Shown: positions 35,057-48,992 of the stretch, piece by piece
How positions within the stretch are numbered: position 1 is the first letter of the stretch
Layout of the letters: every line of letters starts with the position of its first letter
DNA from: Squalus acanthias
Taxonomy: Eukaryota
Length of the DNA stretch: 64,000 bases
Direction: 5' to 3'
NCBI GenBank assembly: GCA_030390025.1
Contig: CM059425.1
Span: 167,836,001-167,900,000 of the forward strand
Position numbers and translations under genes: made by a program
Notes under the pieces: generated by a model
Databases searched by the model: none
The model's input: the letters and a program-made list of their open reading frames with translations, nothing else
Told to the model about the DNA's origin: nothing

Positions 35057-36230
35057 ATGGGGGCTGTACTGGCAGTTGACCTCGCCCGCCAGGATCTACG
35101 ACGGAGGGAGCGGAAGCAGTGAGAATGACTGAAACATGTGGCCAGAGAGAGGAGGAGGGCCATCAGGTCTCTCAACAGGAAGCCTTACCCTCCGAGGGTA
35201 TTCCGAGAGCACTTTAACTACCTCCAATTAAGTGAGGAGCAGTGTATTAGAAGGCTCTGCTTCATCAAGGAGATGGTCTCAGAACTCCGCCACCTCCTGC
35301 AACCAGACCTCGAGCCTCAGATCAGGAAGACCACGGCTCTCTCAACGGCAGTCACGGTCAGCGTTGCCATCAATTTCTTCGCCAGCGGATCCTTCCAGTC
35401 TGCAACAGGAGACATAGCTAACATCTCGCAGTTCGCCATCCATTGTTGCATCTGGGAGGTCACAGAGGCTCTCTACAGTAGGAGAAGGGATTACATTTCC
35501 TTCCCCATCACCAGAGAGAAGCAGGACGAGCGTGCATGTGGCTTTGCCAGGATAGTGGGATTCCCCATGGTGCAGGTCACCTTTGACTGCACCCACGTGG
35601 CTTTGCAGGCACTGCATAACAATCCTGAGATCTTCCATAACTGCAAAGACTACCACTCACTTAATGTGCAGTTGGTGTGCGACCATAGACAGCTAATCCT
35701 CAATGTCAATACCCGCTCTCCTGGCAGCAGCCACGATGCCTTTATCCTGTGCCATCACTCTTCCAACCACCACAGCAAGCTTGTGGCTGGCTGGTCGGAG
35801 ACAAGGGCTATCCACTCTCCACCTGGCTCATGACTCCCGTCCGCAGCCCCAACACTCCTGCCCAGCACTCATATAATGAGAGCCATGCTGCCACCAGGAA
35901 CATCATCGAGCAGACCATCGGCCTGCTGAAGCAACGGTTCCACTGCCTTGACCGCTTGGAAGGAGCCCTCCAGTACTCACCAGAGCGGGTGTCCCATTTC
36001 GTGGTGGCCTGCTGCATGCTCCACAACTTGGCCATCATAAGGGCCCAGCCCTTGCCACCTGGGAATGTGGGACCACTTCAGGAGGAGGAAGAGGGAGAGG
36101 AGGAGGAGGACAAGGAGGAAGAGGAAGACGAGGAGGAGGAACAGGAGTGAGGGAGGAGTCAGACACTCAATCGGCCTTCCGGAGGGGCGGTCCATAACCA
36201 CCTCATCAGACTGCGGTTCCAATGAAATAA
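35057..36230 (+). pseudogene. Harbinger transposase with stops near the start and a frameshift near 35750
   Basis: [56 protein letters not shown], acidic tail. Confidence 0.88.
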
Positions 36231-36390
36231 ACCCCAGATCCCCGTTGCTCACCACATCCCCATCATTCCATCCCTGTCACACGCCATATCACAGTGCAAA
36301 GCTGAAATGAGACACACCACAAAAGAATCCAAACTGAATTATTAAATTTATCAAAAATCAGTGAACGCATATTTACAACAAAAATATTAA

Positions 36391-38209
36391 CTATTCACCC
36401 TTGTGAAATCCCTTAGTGCCTGTTGTTATGGTGCCTCTGCCTACTCTAGTGGCCCTACGAAGTGTTGGCCCAGTGGCTGCAGCAGGGCTGGTGGAAGGCT
36501 GCTGAGTGTCTGTGCGGGAGACTTCAGATGGCCTTGCAGGACGCCCGTGATCAGGTTTTGGGCCTGGAATTCCCGGCTGTAGACTGCACCACCTCAGCAT
36601 AGGCAGCAGTAGTCTGGGCTGGCTGGATGACAGGCAGCGACAAGGGCAATGGCAGAGTGGCAGTGGTGAGAGCAGGAATGCTGTCATCCTGAGAGAGGAC
36701 AGCTGGTTCCTGCTCCACTGACTCACTGCCCCTCCCCCGGGGCAGCACCTCAGCATCCCTAGCAATCTGTTGCAGCACAGATTGCTGGTCTGTTGCGACA
36801 CTGTGAAAGCCCCGGTCAACGGTGGTAGATCCAGCCACAATGAAAGCAGTCTGAGATTGGATGCCACCAAGCATAGACTGCATTACAGCACTAAGACGTT
36901 GCATCACTTCCGCCTGTGCTGCAATGGAAGCTGCCAGATCACCTATCACACGTGGCATCAGGTCTGGGTCGCCACGGTCTCTCTGGGAGTCTACCATCCT
37001 TTGCAGACTGGAACTGATGGGCTCCGTGGTGTGTGCAGAGCCTTGTGCAATGTTGGAGGCGGACTCCTCCATACTCCTTATCATTGCCAAGAGGCTCTCA
37101 GGCACCCTTGCCATTGCACCTATCATCTCCGTGTGCATGCCCATCACCCTTCTTCTAAACGTCTCCCCATCAAGGTCCTAATCTGAGACCTGTGCAGCAG
37201 AACTCGTGCACGAACTCGCCCTCCGGTGAGCTGGCCCCTGAACTATCCTTTCCCCTGGCCTTGCTGCAACCCACTCGTCACCGGTGCCTCACCATGTGCA
37301 GATCCCACTACTATACTAGCCTCTAAAGAACGCTTAGTGCTAATATCTGAGCTGGTGCCTGCGGGTAAGACATGCAGTGACGCGGCGTGTTCTTCCTCCT
37401 CCTCTTCTCCCGCCTCGCTCTCAATGGTACCCTCAGGGACAGGCTGCTCAGGTGCGTGCTCATTATCTGAGAGCATACAGGCACAAGAGTCAGGTTAAGG
37501 TGAGGGGAGGGGGACAGGAAGGGAGAAATGCATGCATACAGCATGATTAGCTGGAAAGTGCGAAATGCTTGTGGGGTGAGGAGGAGTAGTGATGAACATA
37601 CCGTTGTTGTCTCCAAGGGGGTCAACGTCACTGGTGGCCATGGTGCCCACCACCTGGCGCCCAATAATCTGCAGCACTCTATTTTCCAGCACAGACAGTG
37701 GTTGGGTGTCGGCTTGTCCCCCGCCTGTGCGCTCCTGCTCCCTCATGTTGTGCACCACCTTGGCCTGCAAGAGAAAGGAAAGTGTGTGAGTGAGTGTGGA
37801 GCAATGAGTTTGGGTGATGTGCCTGCCATAGTTGAATAGCTGTCATTGTGTGCAAGGTGTGAGATGTGAGTGTGAGTGTTGGTAGGTAGAGATTGTTGGT
37901 GGGTGAGTGCTGGGGGTGTGGTGTTTTAGGCAGTGTCTGAAGACTGCAATTCAGATGGTGGTATGTATCATTTGTTGAAGCATTCAGTCACTCTGACCAC
38001 CTGAGTGAGGTCGTTAAATTTCTTCCTGCACTGTGTGTGGACCACAGCGCTGCCTGAGACGTGCTGGGCTACCTCCCTCCACATGGTGCAAAAGACTTGT
38101 GGCGAGGGCCTCCTGCCACTTGCCGGGTAGAGCAATGCCCTCCATCACTCCACAGCGAACACCAACGCCTCCTTGATCGCAGAATCTGTGGGCTCTCTCC
38201 CTGGGGCAT
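36391..38209 (-). pseudogene. Harbinger Myb/SANT-like gene, multi-exon, degenerate
   Basis: QCRKKFNDL motif near 38010-38035; AKVVHNMREQERTGGG; acidic, coiled-coil-like and basic C-terminal segments homologous to 51394-53267. Confidence 0.75.
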
Positions 38210-38907
38210 GAGTACAGCTGCTTCAGTCCTCCAGCTCCTTCTCCTTGACCTGCTGCTGCTTACTGAGGCAGCTGCACAGCCAGCAATGCTGAGAATGAGG
38301 TTCTGCAGCATCAATGAACCTCCCCTTTAAGAACTGAAAAAAGCTTGTGGCAATCATAACTTGCGATTAGACTGCACCTGATATTGGTCCACCCTTAGAG
38401 TGTAACACCAATGAGCTTGGGCTTAAAGACTTGAATTAGGACTCAAATCATTTCTTTGAGCAGTGAGCACAAATTTTGCATGCAGTCTAAAGCATTAGCG
38501 CCTGGTGCTAATTCTCCAACTTTTCTCATGATACTGCCCATTCCTGGGCTATAATGAATTTCTAGCCCAAGGTATTTGAACACATCATGCTCCATTCAAG
38601 CATGCATCTAACTGCATTGAGATCAGCACCAGGATGCAAAGCAGTTGGAAACATAGGCACGTTATTACTAAATACATGGTACATTGTCAATCCAAGGGCA
38701 AATCATGTAAGAAAGAAACAAAAGAAAAACCAGGAAAGCAATAAAGAACAGACCAGAAAGAAGAGGAATTAAAAAGAGTAATATTGCCAAAATAATTGGA
38801 GTCAGGATTTAGTATGTGAATGCACAAAGCATTCAAAACAAAATTGGAGAGTTATAAAGCTGAATAATTATGGAGTGATGTGATATATTAGCTTCAATAG
38901 AGATCTT

Positions 38908-40698
38908 GGAGGGGAATTTTCCGGGGGGGGGGGGTCAGTGGGCGCGATCGGTGGCGGGTCAGGTGGGAATTTATTTATTTTTTGACAGCGGGTCAGGACG
39001 CCGCTGTCAACCCGCCGCCACGTGCCTTTCCCAAATGTCGGATCTGTCAGCGCTGAGCAGACCCGACATGCAGCAGCAGGGAGGCAATTAAGGTCATTAT
39101 GACCTTGTTAACAAAACATTAAGAACTCTTTACAGCTCAAATTCAGAGTTTACCAGGTTGCCCACAGGGTCAACGCTACTCGGGGATCACATCAGGTAAG
39201 CAGGGCGGGAGTTGTATGACCATGGAATCATCTCATTACTTGACAGTTGCAAATGTGCTATAAAATCTCCCATCTCAGAGCTGTTCACTTTCCAAGCTCA
39301 GAAGCTGTTGTTTACTGCATTTGGAAGACAGATTGAGCTTTATGCAGGTTGCAAGTGTTTGGAGCAAACTCGTAATCCAGTGCCACCTCATTGGAACAAC
39401 CTTTCTCACCATTGCCAGATTGCTTCTGCCATCTCAAGTTCACCTGCCATCTATTCCATCAGCATCAGTGCCCTTGAAACTATTTCACCTTGGTCCTCAG
39501 AATCCCACCACGATCAGCCCCAACACCAACATCACCAGGTGCACCAGCAGCACCAACAACAACACCAACCTTCTTCGCAATCACCTGATGCTGCACGGGA
39601 CAAGGGCATCAGCACCCGAGCACATTGCTGCCCGGGACGCCAGGGATGGCCTAACCATGGCCAGATTTACTTCACTTGACGCTGTACACCTTGGCTGCGA
39701 CATGATGCGCCAGGTTGGCACCACCCCACACAAAACCATAAAGCATCCCTACAATGCCCAAGCCATTCCTTTCACACTCATCACCATTGCAGGGGGTACC
39801 GTTATGTCTCACCATTCACTGCAACTCACTAAGCCACTTCCAAAGGTGCACACAAATCTGTCCAAGAACGCAAAGTGTTGAAAATAAAGGTTTCAATGTT
39901 TGACACTACATTAACAGAAATTTTACATGAACATTACATAAAACACCCAAGTGCCTACCCTTGTGTGTTGTTAGTTGGTATGATTGGACTAGGATGAGTG
40001 TGAGTGTGAGGGGTGGCTCGTGAGATGGAGAAGTGATAATGTAGATAGAGAGGGATGGGTGAAGGTGCATTTAAGTTGGTGTGAGTAAGGATGTGCAGGA
40101 GTAGGGTAGGCAAGGCAGAGTGATGGGGATGTGGTGAGTGGCACAGGAGAATGAGGTTGAGTGTGGCTTTGCAGTAACGTTTCGTGATCGACTGAGATCA
40201 TTGAAAGGTTTACGCCACTGTAGCCTGGTCCTCCTGATGACATTCCTGCTTGTGCCCTCCTGGGTAATGTGCAACCAGGCTATGTTGGTGTCCTGGGGAG
40301 GTCTCTTCCACCCATTGGAAGGGAAGAGGACCTCCCTGCATGCTGTGACACCCTCCATAAGCGTATGGAGGGAGTCATGGGAGAGCCTGGGTGCAGCCGT
40401 GCACCTCTGTGCAGTGCTTGTCAGTGTTTGCAGCACCTCAATGCTGTAGAACACTGACAGTACAAATGTCAAAATCAATTTGTGCATGGTCCCTTTAAGG
40501 AAACCGGCTGATGATGCGTCATCAAATTACGTCATCAAACCCACTTCCTTTAGTTGGCCAGCAAACGCGCTGGGCGGGCTTAACAAGCCCAATCAAGGGA
40601 AAATCATTTTGGACAGCAGGCTGGAGCCAATAGCGAGGCCGGGACCTGCCACCGACGTCGCCCGCCACCGACCCGCCGAAGTTGGTAAAATCTTAGGC
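38908..40698. mobile_element. Non-autonomous Harbinger, same deletion type as 29261-31004
   Basis: Collinear with 29261-31004 including both deletion junctions; termini degraded. Confidence 0.75.
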
Positions 40699-40699
40699 A

Positions 40700-41570
40700 T
40701 ATGATAAAACTAGGATTTAATTGAGGAATATAGAACATGTAATGAAGAGGTGAAAAGATAGATTAGAAGAGCTAAAACTGAAAATAAAAAAGCTAGCAAA
40801 TACTCAAGGAAATAAAAGGAAATAATCAAGACTTTTATAAGCAAATTAAAAGTAAAACTGGGAACTTCATTTCTCATTATAACACTTCCAGGAGAAATAG
40901 AGAGGGCAAAAAATGGGGATCGTGGCAGCATTAATAAACAATTCTATCTCAGCGCTACAATGTAAGGATGTTGTAGGGTTTCTGTTTAGAAAGAATCCCT
41001 ATGGGGAGAGTTAAGAATAGAAAGAAAAATCCAAACAGTGGAGATTAGATATAGAAGGACATTTGTAGACAGTTGAAAGAGGTATGTAAGAACAACAGGA
41101 CAATAATATTGGATGATATTAACTATGGGATAAAGGTAATATATGTGGTCACAGTGAGGAATGCTTTTTAAAATGCATCCAATATTGTTTTCTAGATATA
41201 AGGAAACAAGCATTGCTTGATTTAATTCTGGGAAATAAAATGTCATAAATAACCAATGTGAGAGTAGGAGAACAATTAGGAAATAGCAACTGCTGTTAAG
41301 TTCAATGTAAAAAATGAAAAAATAATGAAGAATCAAAGATAAAGATGCAGGACTGGAAGAAGGCAAAGTTCAATGAGATGAAGAGCCAATTTAAGGAGAT
41401 TTAATAGAAGTGTTCAAAATTTTAAGGGGTTTGATAGAGTACATAGGGAGAAACTGTTTCCGTTGGCAGGAGTGTTGGTAACTAGAAGACACAGATTTAA
41501 GATAATTGACAAAAGAACCAGAGGGGAAATGAGGAGACATTTTTTACGCATTGAGTTGTTATGATCTGTA
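40700..41570 (+). mobile_element. Old, rearranged CR1 fragments (also ~38810-38905)
   Basis: YVNAQSIQNKIGEL at ~38813; EEYRTCNEEVK; GDLIEVFKI...TRRHRF; many stops. Confidence 0.55.
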
Positions 41571-41762
41571 ATGTGTAAGGTTTATACATCATGTATCAGT
41601 ATTGCTGCTGTTTTAATAGTTTGCATTGATTTGCTTTACACCCTGAGGTCATACCCATGAAACATACCTAGAATTTTGTCTGTACATCTGTTTATACTTA
41701 ATACAGGCAGATTGTTCATTGTTCATTTAAATTATATTTTTTCACAGTATAAAATTTGAGTT

Positions 41763-41788
<26 letters not shown>
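41763..41788. repeat. (TA)13 microsatellite
   Basis: Read directly. Confidence 0.95.
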
Positions 41789-41795
<7 letters not shown>

Positions 41796-43289
41796 TATGC
41801 ATTTTATGTTAGAGGAAACAAAAGTGAAAAGAGTTAAAATAAACTATACAAGTGTTCCTAATAAATACATATTTAATTTGATTCCTGTGTTAACCATCAA
41901 TGATTAAAAGGACAAAATCAAGCGGGATCATATGGTTTTCCATATTTCAGCGAGATAGATACTTCATTAGAAATAGAGTGAGGCAATTGCCGCCTTGGAG
42001 CACATTTTCATGCTAGGTCCCTGTAGATATTAGAATTACTAATGTGCTGAAAATCTCACAACCCCCACTACCTTTTCTTTGCCTACATCTTCAGAGATTC
42101 CCACAGATATTGGAATTTTCATTGAACCTCCCCTCCCCGCCTCAAGCTATACAATGTGACAGTTCCCTTCAGACATCATGGGGAATATGATTGAATTGGT
42201 GTGTTACTTTCTACATCATAGGCACTATTAAGGACAATTAGGAGGCTGCACACTGCTTTGGGAGAGAAACATAAGTTGTAGAATATAATTAATCTTAACT
42301 TTTTCCACTAACTGAAGTGAAAGTGGCAAAAAACATTGCTAACTTTGAAATTATTGTACAGAAAAAGTCATCCTTTACTATTATTGGAGCACATAATTAT
42401 ATACTTTTTACATGTAAGTCTTTCTTTCTAAACTTTTTAAAAGGTCTTCTAATTTTGTGGTGAATTAGCTTTTTTTAGTTTCTCCATGCATGTATCACAT
42501 GTACAATGACAAATAACTGATACTGCTAGTTTGAAAAATAATCAAAATGTTCATGCCAAATGTGGATAGAGGTCCATGTAATATTACTGAATTAAATTAA
42601 AATAGCACTGTTTGCTATTGGTTCATTCAGTGCTAACTTTATTTTACCACAAACAAAAGCTATGCCAGTGCCTATTTAACTTCAATGAAGATGACTAGAT
42701 CCTCGACTCTAATGAAATGAAAAATGATTAAAAGAGCAAATATCGTGGGTTGTTGTGAATGGCTTCATACAGAGAACTGTGGAATCAGTGGAAATACATT
42801 GTTGCTCAGGGGGCCGTGGGAGTACACAAATCTTTTTGCGTTGCTATTGTGGTAAAAGACAACCAGTGCTAATATTTGTTTACCTCAAACAAAACATTTT
42901 TTAGGATGGTGACTGAAAATTATTGTGTCAGAACTATACATTATACAATATAATAGATATAGATACATCTATTCATTCATACACAGACACACATGGACAC
43001 AATAAGCTCAGCGACATGCAATCTTGCTTACACTGTTTGAATGGGAATCACACAGATTATAACTGAGATATGCCTTTGTGGCAGTAGTGCTACTAGATTG
43101 ATTCTCCAGCTGGATAGAATAGACCCGTAGCTCATTTTCTCGTCTAGCGGCTGTACTGAGATGTTACTGTGCAATATGATCTCTGGCTGTATGGTGGGCT
43201 TGAGCTCATGACCTTGTGACCCAATGCAAGGGACATTTCCCCTAACACCACAAAGAGATGCAATAGCCATTTCAATTATCAACATAAAT

Positions 43290-44508
43290 GGCCGGATCTT
43301 GCTGGAACAGGCCATCTCCTGGTGTATGCCATTAAGATGCTCCTTAAAACCTACATCTTTGACCAAGCTTTTGGTCATCTGCCCTAATGTCTCTTTATGT
43401 GGCTCAGTGTCAAATTTTGTTTGATAACGCTCCTGTGAAGCGCCTTGGGATGTTTTACTACATTAAAGGCACGATATAAATCCAAGTTGTTGTTGTTGTT
43501 GTTGGAATCGAACGTTACTTTACATTAAATAACAAAAGCAGGAGAAGGGGGTAAACTGTAGAGTTAGTTGGGAACAGATTGGGGGAGATGAGGAGAATTT
43601 TTTTGCAGCGAGTTGTTGTGATCTGGAATGCGCTGGAAAGGGCAGTGGAAGCAAAATCAATAGTAACTTTCAAAAGAGGAATGAATAAATACTTGAAGGA
43701 AGAAAAATCTGCAGGGCTATGGGGAAAGAGCAGGGGGAAGTAGGATTAATTTGATTGCTCTTTCAAAGAGCCGGCACAGGCACGATGGGCTGAATAGCCT
43801 CCTTCTGTGCTGTATCATTCTATGATTCTATGATTAGTTAGACTTTTTTCTGTACCCTTCAGCTGAAAAATGTTTTAACTTGTTTGGAGTGCGAGCTGAT
43901 AACAACGCGGCAAGGGCAATGGGGCATCTTGGTGAAAGACGGGACAATCAGTCTATCTCCTTAACCAATGTGATTTAATGATTGAAAAAGATACAGAGGA
44001 ACGATGGAGAAGGAAATAGGGTAAGTCAAATCAGGTACAGAAAGAGAAATAAAGATGGATTAACAGAGAGGGAAAAAAGAGACATAAAGGAAAAGTTAAA
44101 ATAAAGGAAGGTACAATTTTAAATTTAAAAAAATCTCTAACAACAATTTACTACATGCAGGAATGAGATTGAATGTTTTAAATTGTTCCAGTTCTGGCCA
44201 TAGAGGTTGTTTGTCACTGCATTAATGATTATCATGTCATTAAAAAGGTACTGACACGTTAGTTACCAGATTTATCTTTCTGTGGCAAGTTCAATGGGCA
44301 ATTAATGTGCAAATCCAGCAAGTTATTAAAAATAATGGGGAGGCTAAGGACGAGATGCCAATTGTGCAAAGCAAACGGTGGGGCAGCGTAAATGGAGATT
44401 CATAACTCTTGGCAGAGCTCTTAATCCCCTGAACTTGCTGACCAATTTGTACATTAATAACAGCATGTGTCATTAACACACCATTATTATTCCAGCAAGA
44501 TCCGGCCC
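43290..44508. mobile_element. Harbinger-type MITE (family of 15903-16665, opposite orientation) with nested L2 3' end (~43320-43503) and CR1 3' end (~43580-43835)
   Basis: TIRs GGCCGGATCTTGCTGGAA / TTCCAGCAAGATCCGGCC; AAT on both flanks; (GTT)n and (ATTCTATG)n tails inside. Confidence 0.78.
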
Positions 44509-46452
44509 AATGACAGTGCTGGAGGAGGGAGGTGGGGCTTTGTGCAAATATTTAAACCTCAAGCTTTCTTGTACTCTGCATTCATATTTGCCAACTTAGA
44601 AAACATGGAATAGCTGGCGAACAGTTTCAAAAAACTTGACATAGCCTCCAAAAATTAAAAAACTCAAAAACGACCTACATTTCAAAAACAGCACTCAACA
44701 TATGGCTATGACCAATGCAACTGCTTTAAGGTTACTGAGTAAGTTATATACTCCTTTTATTTCACCAGATTTAAGGATTTTAACATTCTAATTTACTTTG
44801 TTTTTTTTGTGAAAACCAAAACCTAATGGTTTTACCTACGACATGTGAAAACAAGCAGTTACAATGAGGAAGGAGGCAAGACTAGACTTAGTTCTAAGAA
44901 ATGAAGTGGGGCAAGTAGATAATGCTCAGTCATTACCAGCACTCTACTCCCCCCACCCCTTCTGTTGTATACTAATGGATAGAGATCGATTGCCATGATT
45001 AGGCAACAACTCAATTATTGTTGAGTCATGTGACTACCAGGCGAATGAGATGGACCTTGGTCTTTTATCGTCTAGCAATTCCTAAGTTCCGATGTAGGAG
45101 AATGGCTAAGAAGTAGCAACCATAACTTAATTCTATTCAATATAAAAATTGAAAAGGAGAGGATAGATCAACGTACTTGACTGGAAAGTCAATTTCAATA
45201 GAGATAAAAGGGAACTAGCCCAGATCACAAGGTAATTATGTATGAGGAAGACTATTAAGTCAATCTTAATTGATTTATCCAGAAAGAGTTCATCTACAGA
45301 TACGGGGTCAACTTCTACATGTTAACATCGCTTTTCTGGGGTTTCTGCAGCTTTTCTGCTGGAATTATGGTGGGCAAGTAGAAGAACCTCCATGGTAATT
45401 CAGCCTCACATTCGTTTCAGATGAGTGCAAGGCAGAATTGATCGTTCTCATATCACTAGGGAGGTGAATTTCCTCACCATTTTCAATGCATGGCGTAGGA
45501 AATTTATGAGCAAAGAAAATTGTATGGAAATTGTTTCTGCCCATTGTGTCCCTTTAAAAATCTTCCCCCAGGTTCCTTCATGCTTTCCAAATCTCATAGC
45601 TGCCATTATACCAGCCATCCCATTGTTGATTGGGACCTCAGATCCAGGGCCGATTGGAATGGAGTCAACCTGCCTGATATTTCCATCTCTCAGGACAGCA
45701 GCGTGTGCCAGGCCACTAGCCTTCTGCCAGGTTTTACTGCCAGTTTGACCACTGGGCAGTACACCTGCAATTTCATGTAAAAATGGCTTGTGGTCTTAAT
45801 TGCTTCATCGGACCCCAATTTACATTTATTCATGAGGACCCTGCCTGCCACTGGCGGCCATCTCAACTGGCTCAGAAAACTGTGAGCTTAAAATGGCGAC
45901 GGGCAGAGTGCATCTCAAACACAGCGGTCATTACTCTACCGTTAATTTAACCAGTTGTCCGCCCCTTCTGATGGGCAGGGTTAAAATCAGCCCGAACGTT
46001 TTCCTGGATGACAATGTGCATTTGACCTTTGGTGAATCTCGTTTCTTACCATCCTAATTTCAATTGGTGGTGGTAAATTCAGATGTAGATTTTCAAAAAT
46101 TGTAAAGTTCCCTTGATTATTCATCATCAGAACATTGCTTAAAAAACTTTAATACTCATAAATCAGAATAGCACCCAATAAAGATTTAGTCATTTCAATT
46201 AATGCAAAACTATTTCTTTAAAAGGTTCGCACTGTCAGCTGAAACACTTTATTTGAAGTGTTAAGCAAAGCACTCTACTGTAAATTTTCATAAGCCATAG
46301 ATTTCTATCAGCATTGTGGTACTAGAAAGCTGTTAATCTTTATCCCATTTTTGTTTTTGTTTCATTTATTTCCTCCCATACACAGATAGTTAATGGTGCT
46401 AGCCATTTAAGAATAATTTGAAATTATTCCTGTCCTGCGCCATTTCCCTTGA

Positions 46453-48745
46453 TTTTTTATTAATTCATGGGATCTGGGCGTCGCTGGCAAGGCCAGCATT
46501 TCTTGCCCATCCCTAATTGCCCTTGAGAAGGTGGTGGTGAGCTGCCTTCTTGAACCACTGCAGTCCGTGTGGCGAAGGTACTCCCACAGTGCTGTTAGGG
46601 AGGGAGTTCCAGGATTTTGACCCAGCGACGATGAAGGATCAGCGATATACTTCTAAGTCAGGATGGTGTGTGACTTGAAGTGGAACTTGGAGGTGGTGGT
46701 GTTCCCATGCGCCTGCTGCCCTTGTCCTTCTAGGTGGAAGAGGTCGCAGGTTTTGGAGGTGTTGTCGCAGAAGCCTTGGCGAGTTGCTGCAGTGCATCTT
46801 GTAGATGGTACACACTGCAGCCAGGGTGCGTTGGTAGTGCAGGGAGTGAATGTTTAATGTGGTGGATGGGGTGCCAATCAAGCAAGCTGCTTTGTCCTGT
46901 ATGGTTTTGAGCTTCATGAGTGTTGTTGGAGCTGCACTCATCCAGGCAAGTGGAGAGTATTCCATCACACTCCTGACTTATGCCTTGTAGATGGTGGAAA
47001 GGCTTTGGGGAGGTGAGTCAGTCGCCGCAGAACACCCAGCCTCTGACCTGCACTTGTTGCCACAGTATTTATGTGGCTGGTCCAGTTAATTTTCTGGTCA
47101 ATGGTGACCCCCAGGATGTTGATGGTGGGGGAATTGATGATGGTAATGCCGTTGAATGTCAAGGGAAGGTGCTTTGACTCTCTCTTATTGGAGATAGTCA
47201 TTGCCTGGCACTTGTTTGGCGCAAATATTACTTGCCACTTATCAGCCCAGGCCTGAATGTTGTCTAGGTCTTGCTGCATGCGGGCATGGACTGCTTCATT
47301 ATCTGAGGAGATGAGAATGGAACTGAACATAATGCAATCATCAGCAAACATCCCCACTTCTGACCTTATGATGGAAGGTAGGTCATTGATGAAGCAGCTG
47401 AAAATGGTTGGGCTTGGACACTGCCCTGAGGAACTCCTGCAGCGATGTCCTGGGGCTGAGATGATTGGCCTCCAATAATTACAATCATCTTCCTTTGTGC
47501 TAGGTATGACTCCAGCCTGGGGAGAGTTTTCCCCTTGATTTCCATTGACTTCAATTTTACTAGGGCTCCTTGATGCCACACTCAGTCAAATGCAGCCTTG
47601 ATGTCAAGGGCAGTAACTCTCACCTCGCCTCGGGAATTCAGCTCCTTTGTCCATGTTTGGACCAAGGCTGTAATGAGGTCTGGAGCCAAGTCGTCCTGGC
47701 GGAACCCAAACTGAGCATCAGTGAGCAGATTATTGGTAAGTAAGTGTTGCTTTATAGCACTGCCAATGACACCTTCCATCACTTTGCTAATGATTGAAAA
47801 TAGACTGATGGGGCGTTAATTAGCCAGATTGGATTTGTCCTGCTTTTTGTGGACAGGAGATACCTGGGCAATTTTCCACTTTGTTGGGTAGATGCCAGTG
47901 TTGTAGCCATCATTGAGGATGGGGATGTTCATAGAGCCTCTTCCTCCTGTTAGTAGTTTAATTGTCCACCACCATTTACGACTGGATGTGGCAGGACTGC
48001 AGAGCTTTGATCTGATCCGTTGGTTGTGGGATGCTCAGCTCTGTCTATAGCATGCTGCTTCTGCTGTTTAGCATGTATGTAGTCCTGTGTTGCAGCTTCA
48101 CTAGGTTGGCACCTTATTTTTAGGTACACCTGGTGCTCCTCCTGGCATGCTCTTCCACACTCTTCATTTAACCGGGGTTGGTCCCCTGCCTTGATGGTAA
48201 TGGTAGAGTGAGGGATATGCCGAGCCATGAGGTTACAGATTGTGGTGGAATACAATTCTGCTGCTGCTGATGGCCCACAGCGCCTCATGGATGCCCAGTT
48301 TTGAGCTGCTAGATCTGTTCTGAATCTATCCCATTTAGCACAGTAGTAATGCCACATAACACGATGGAGAGTGTCCTCAGTGTGAGGACGGGACTTGTCT
48401 CCACAATGACTGTGCAGTGGTCACTGCTACCAGTACTATCATGGACAGATGCATCTATGACAGGTAGATTGGTGAGGATGAGGTCCAGTAGGTTTTTCCA
48501 TCATTTTGGTTGTCTCCCCACCTGCCGCAGGCCCAGTCTGGCAGCTATGCCCTTCAGGACTTGACCAGCTCGGTCAGTGGTGGTGCTACTGAGCCACTCT
48601 TGGTGATGGACATTGAAGTCCCCCACCCAGAGTACATTCTATGCCCTTGCTACCCTCAGTGCCTCTTCCAAGTGGTGTTCAACATGGAGGAGTACTGATT
48701 CATCAGCTAAAGGAGGGCAGTAGGTGGTTATCAGCAGGAGGACTT
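46453..48745 (-). mobile_element. CR1/Jockey-group LINE (family of 21489-23212), frameshifted, with an internal deletion near 47907 and part of the endonuclease domain
   Basis: QFGFRQD, LDIKAAFD, FADD, LLITTYCPP. Confidence 0.88.
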
Positions 48746-48754
48746 CGCATGGTC

Positions 48755-48992
48755 GACTGGGTAAGGACAGCAGATTTCCTTCCTGAAAGGACATTAGTGA
48801 ACCAGATGGGTTTTTACGGCAATCCATTAGTTTGACGGTCACCATTACTGACACTAGCTTTTTATTCAGATTTATTTAATTGAATTTAAATTCCTCAGCT
48901 GCCGTGGTGGAATTTGAACTCATGTCTCTGGATTACTAACCCAGTACTCTGGATTACTAGCCCAGTGACATTACCACTATGCTACCGCACCC
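48755..48992 (-). mobile_element. 5' half of a tRNA-derived SINE joined to the LINE body
   Basis: Reverse complement of ~57566-57805; A-box-like at ~48973-48987, B-box-like at 48910-48921. Confidence 0.8.

Larger units (their letters stand above)
34006..38568. mobile_element. Near-full-length degenerate two-gene Harbinger
   Basis: Perfect 12-bp TIRs GGGCTAGAAATT / AATTTCTAGCCC; flanks AAA/AAG; convergent transposase and Myb-like genes. Confidence 0.88.

Noticed and set aside
35057..38209. Domesticated host genes HARBI1, NAIF1 or MSANTD
   Set aside because: Multiple diverged copies with stops and frameshifts, bounded by TIRs; these are transposon genes
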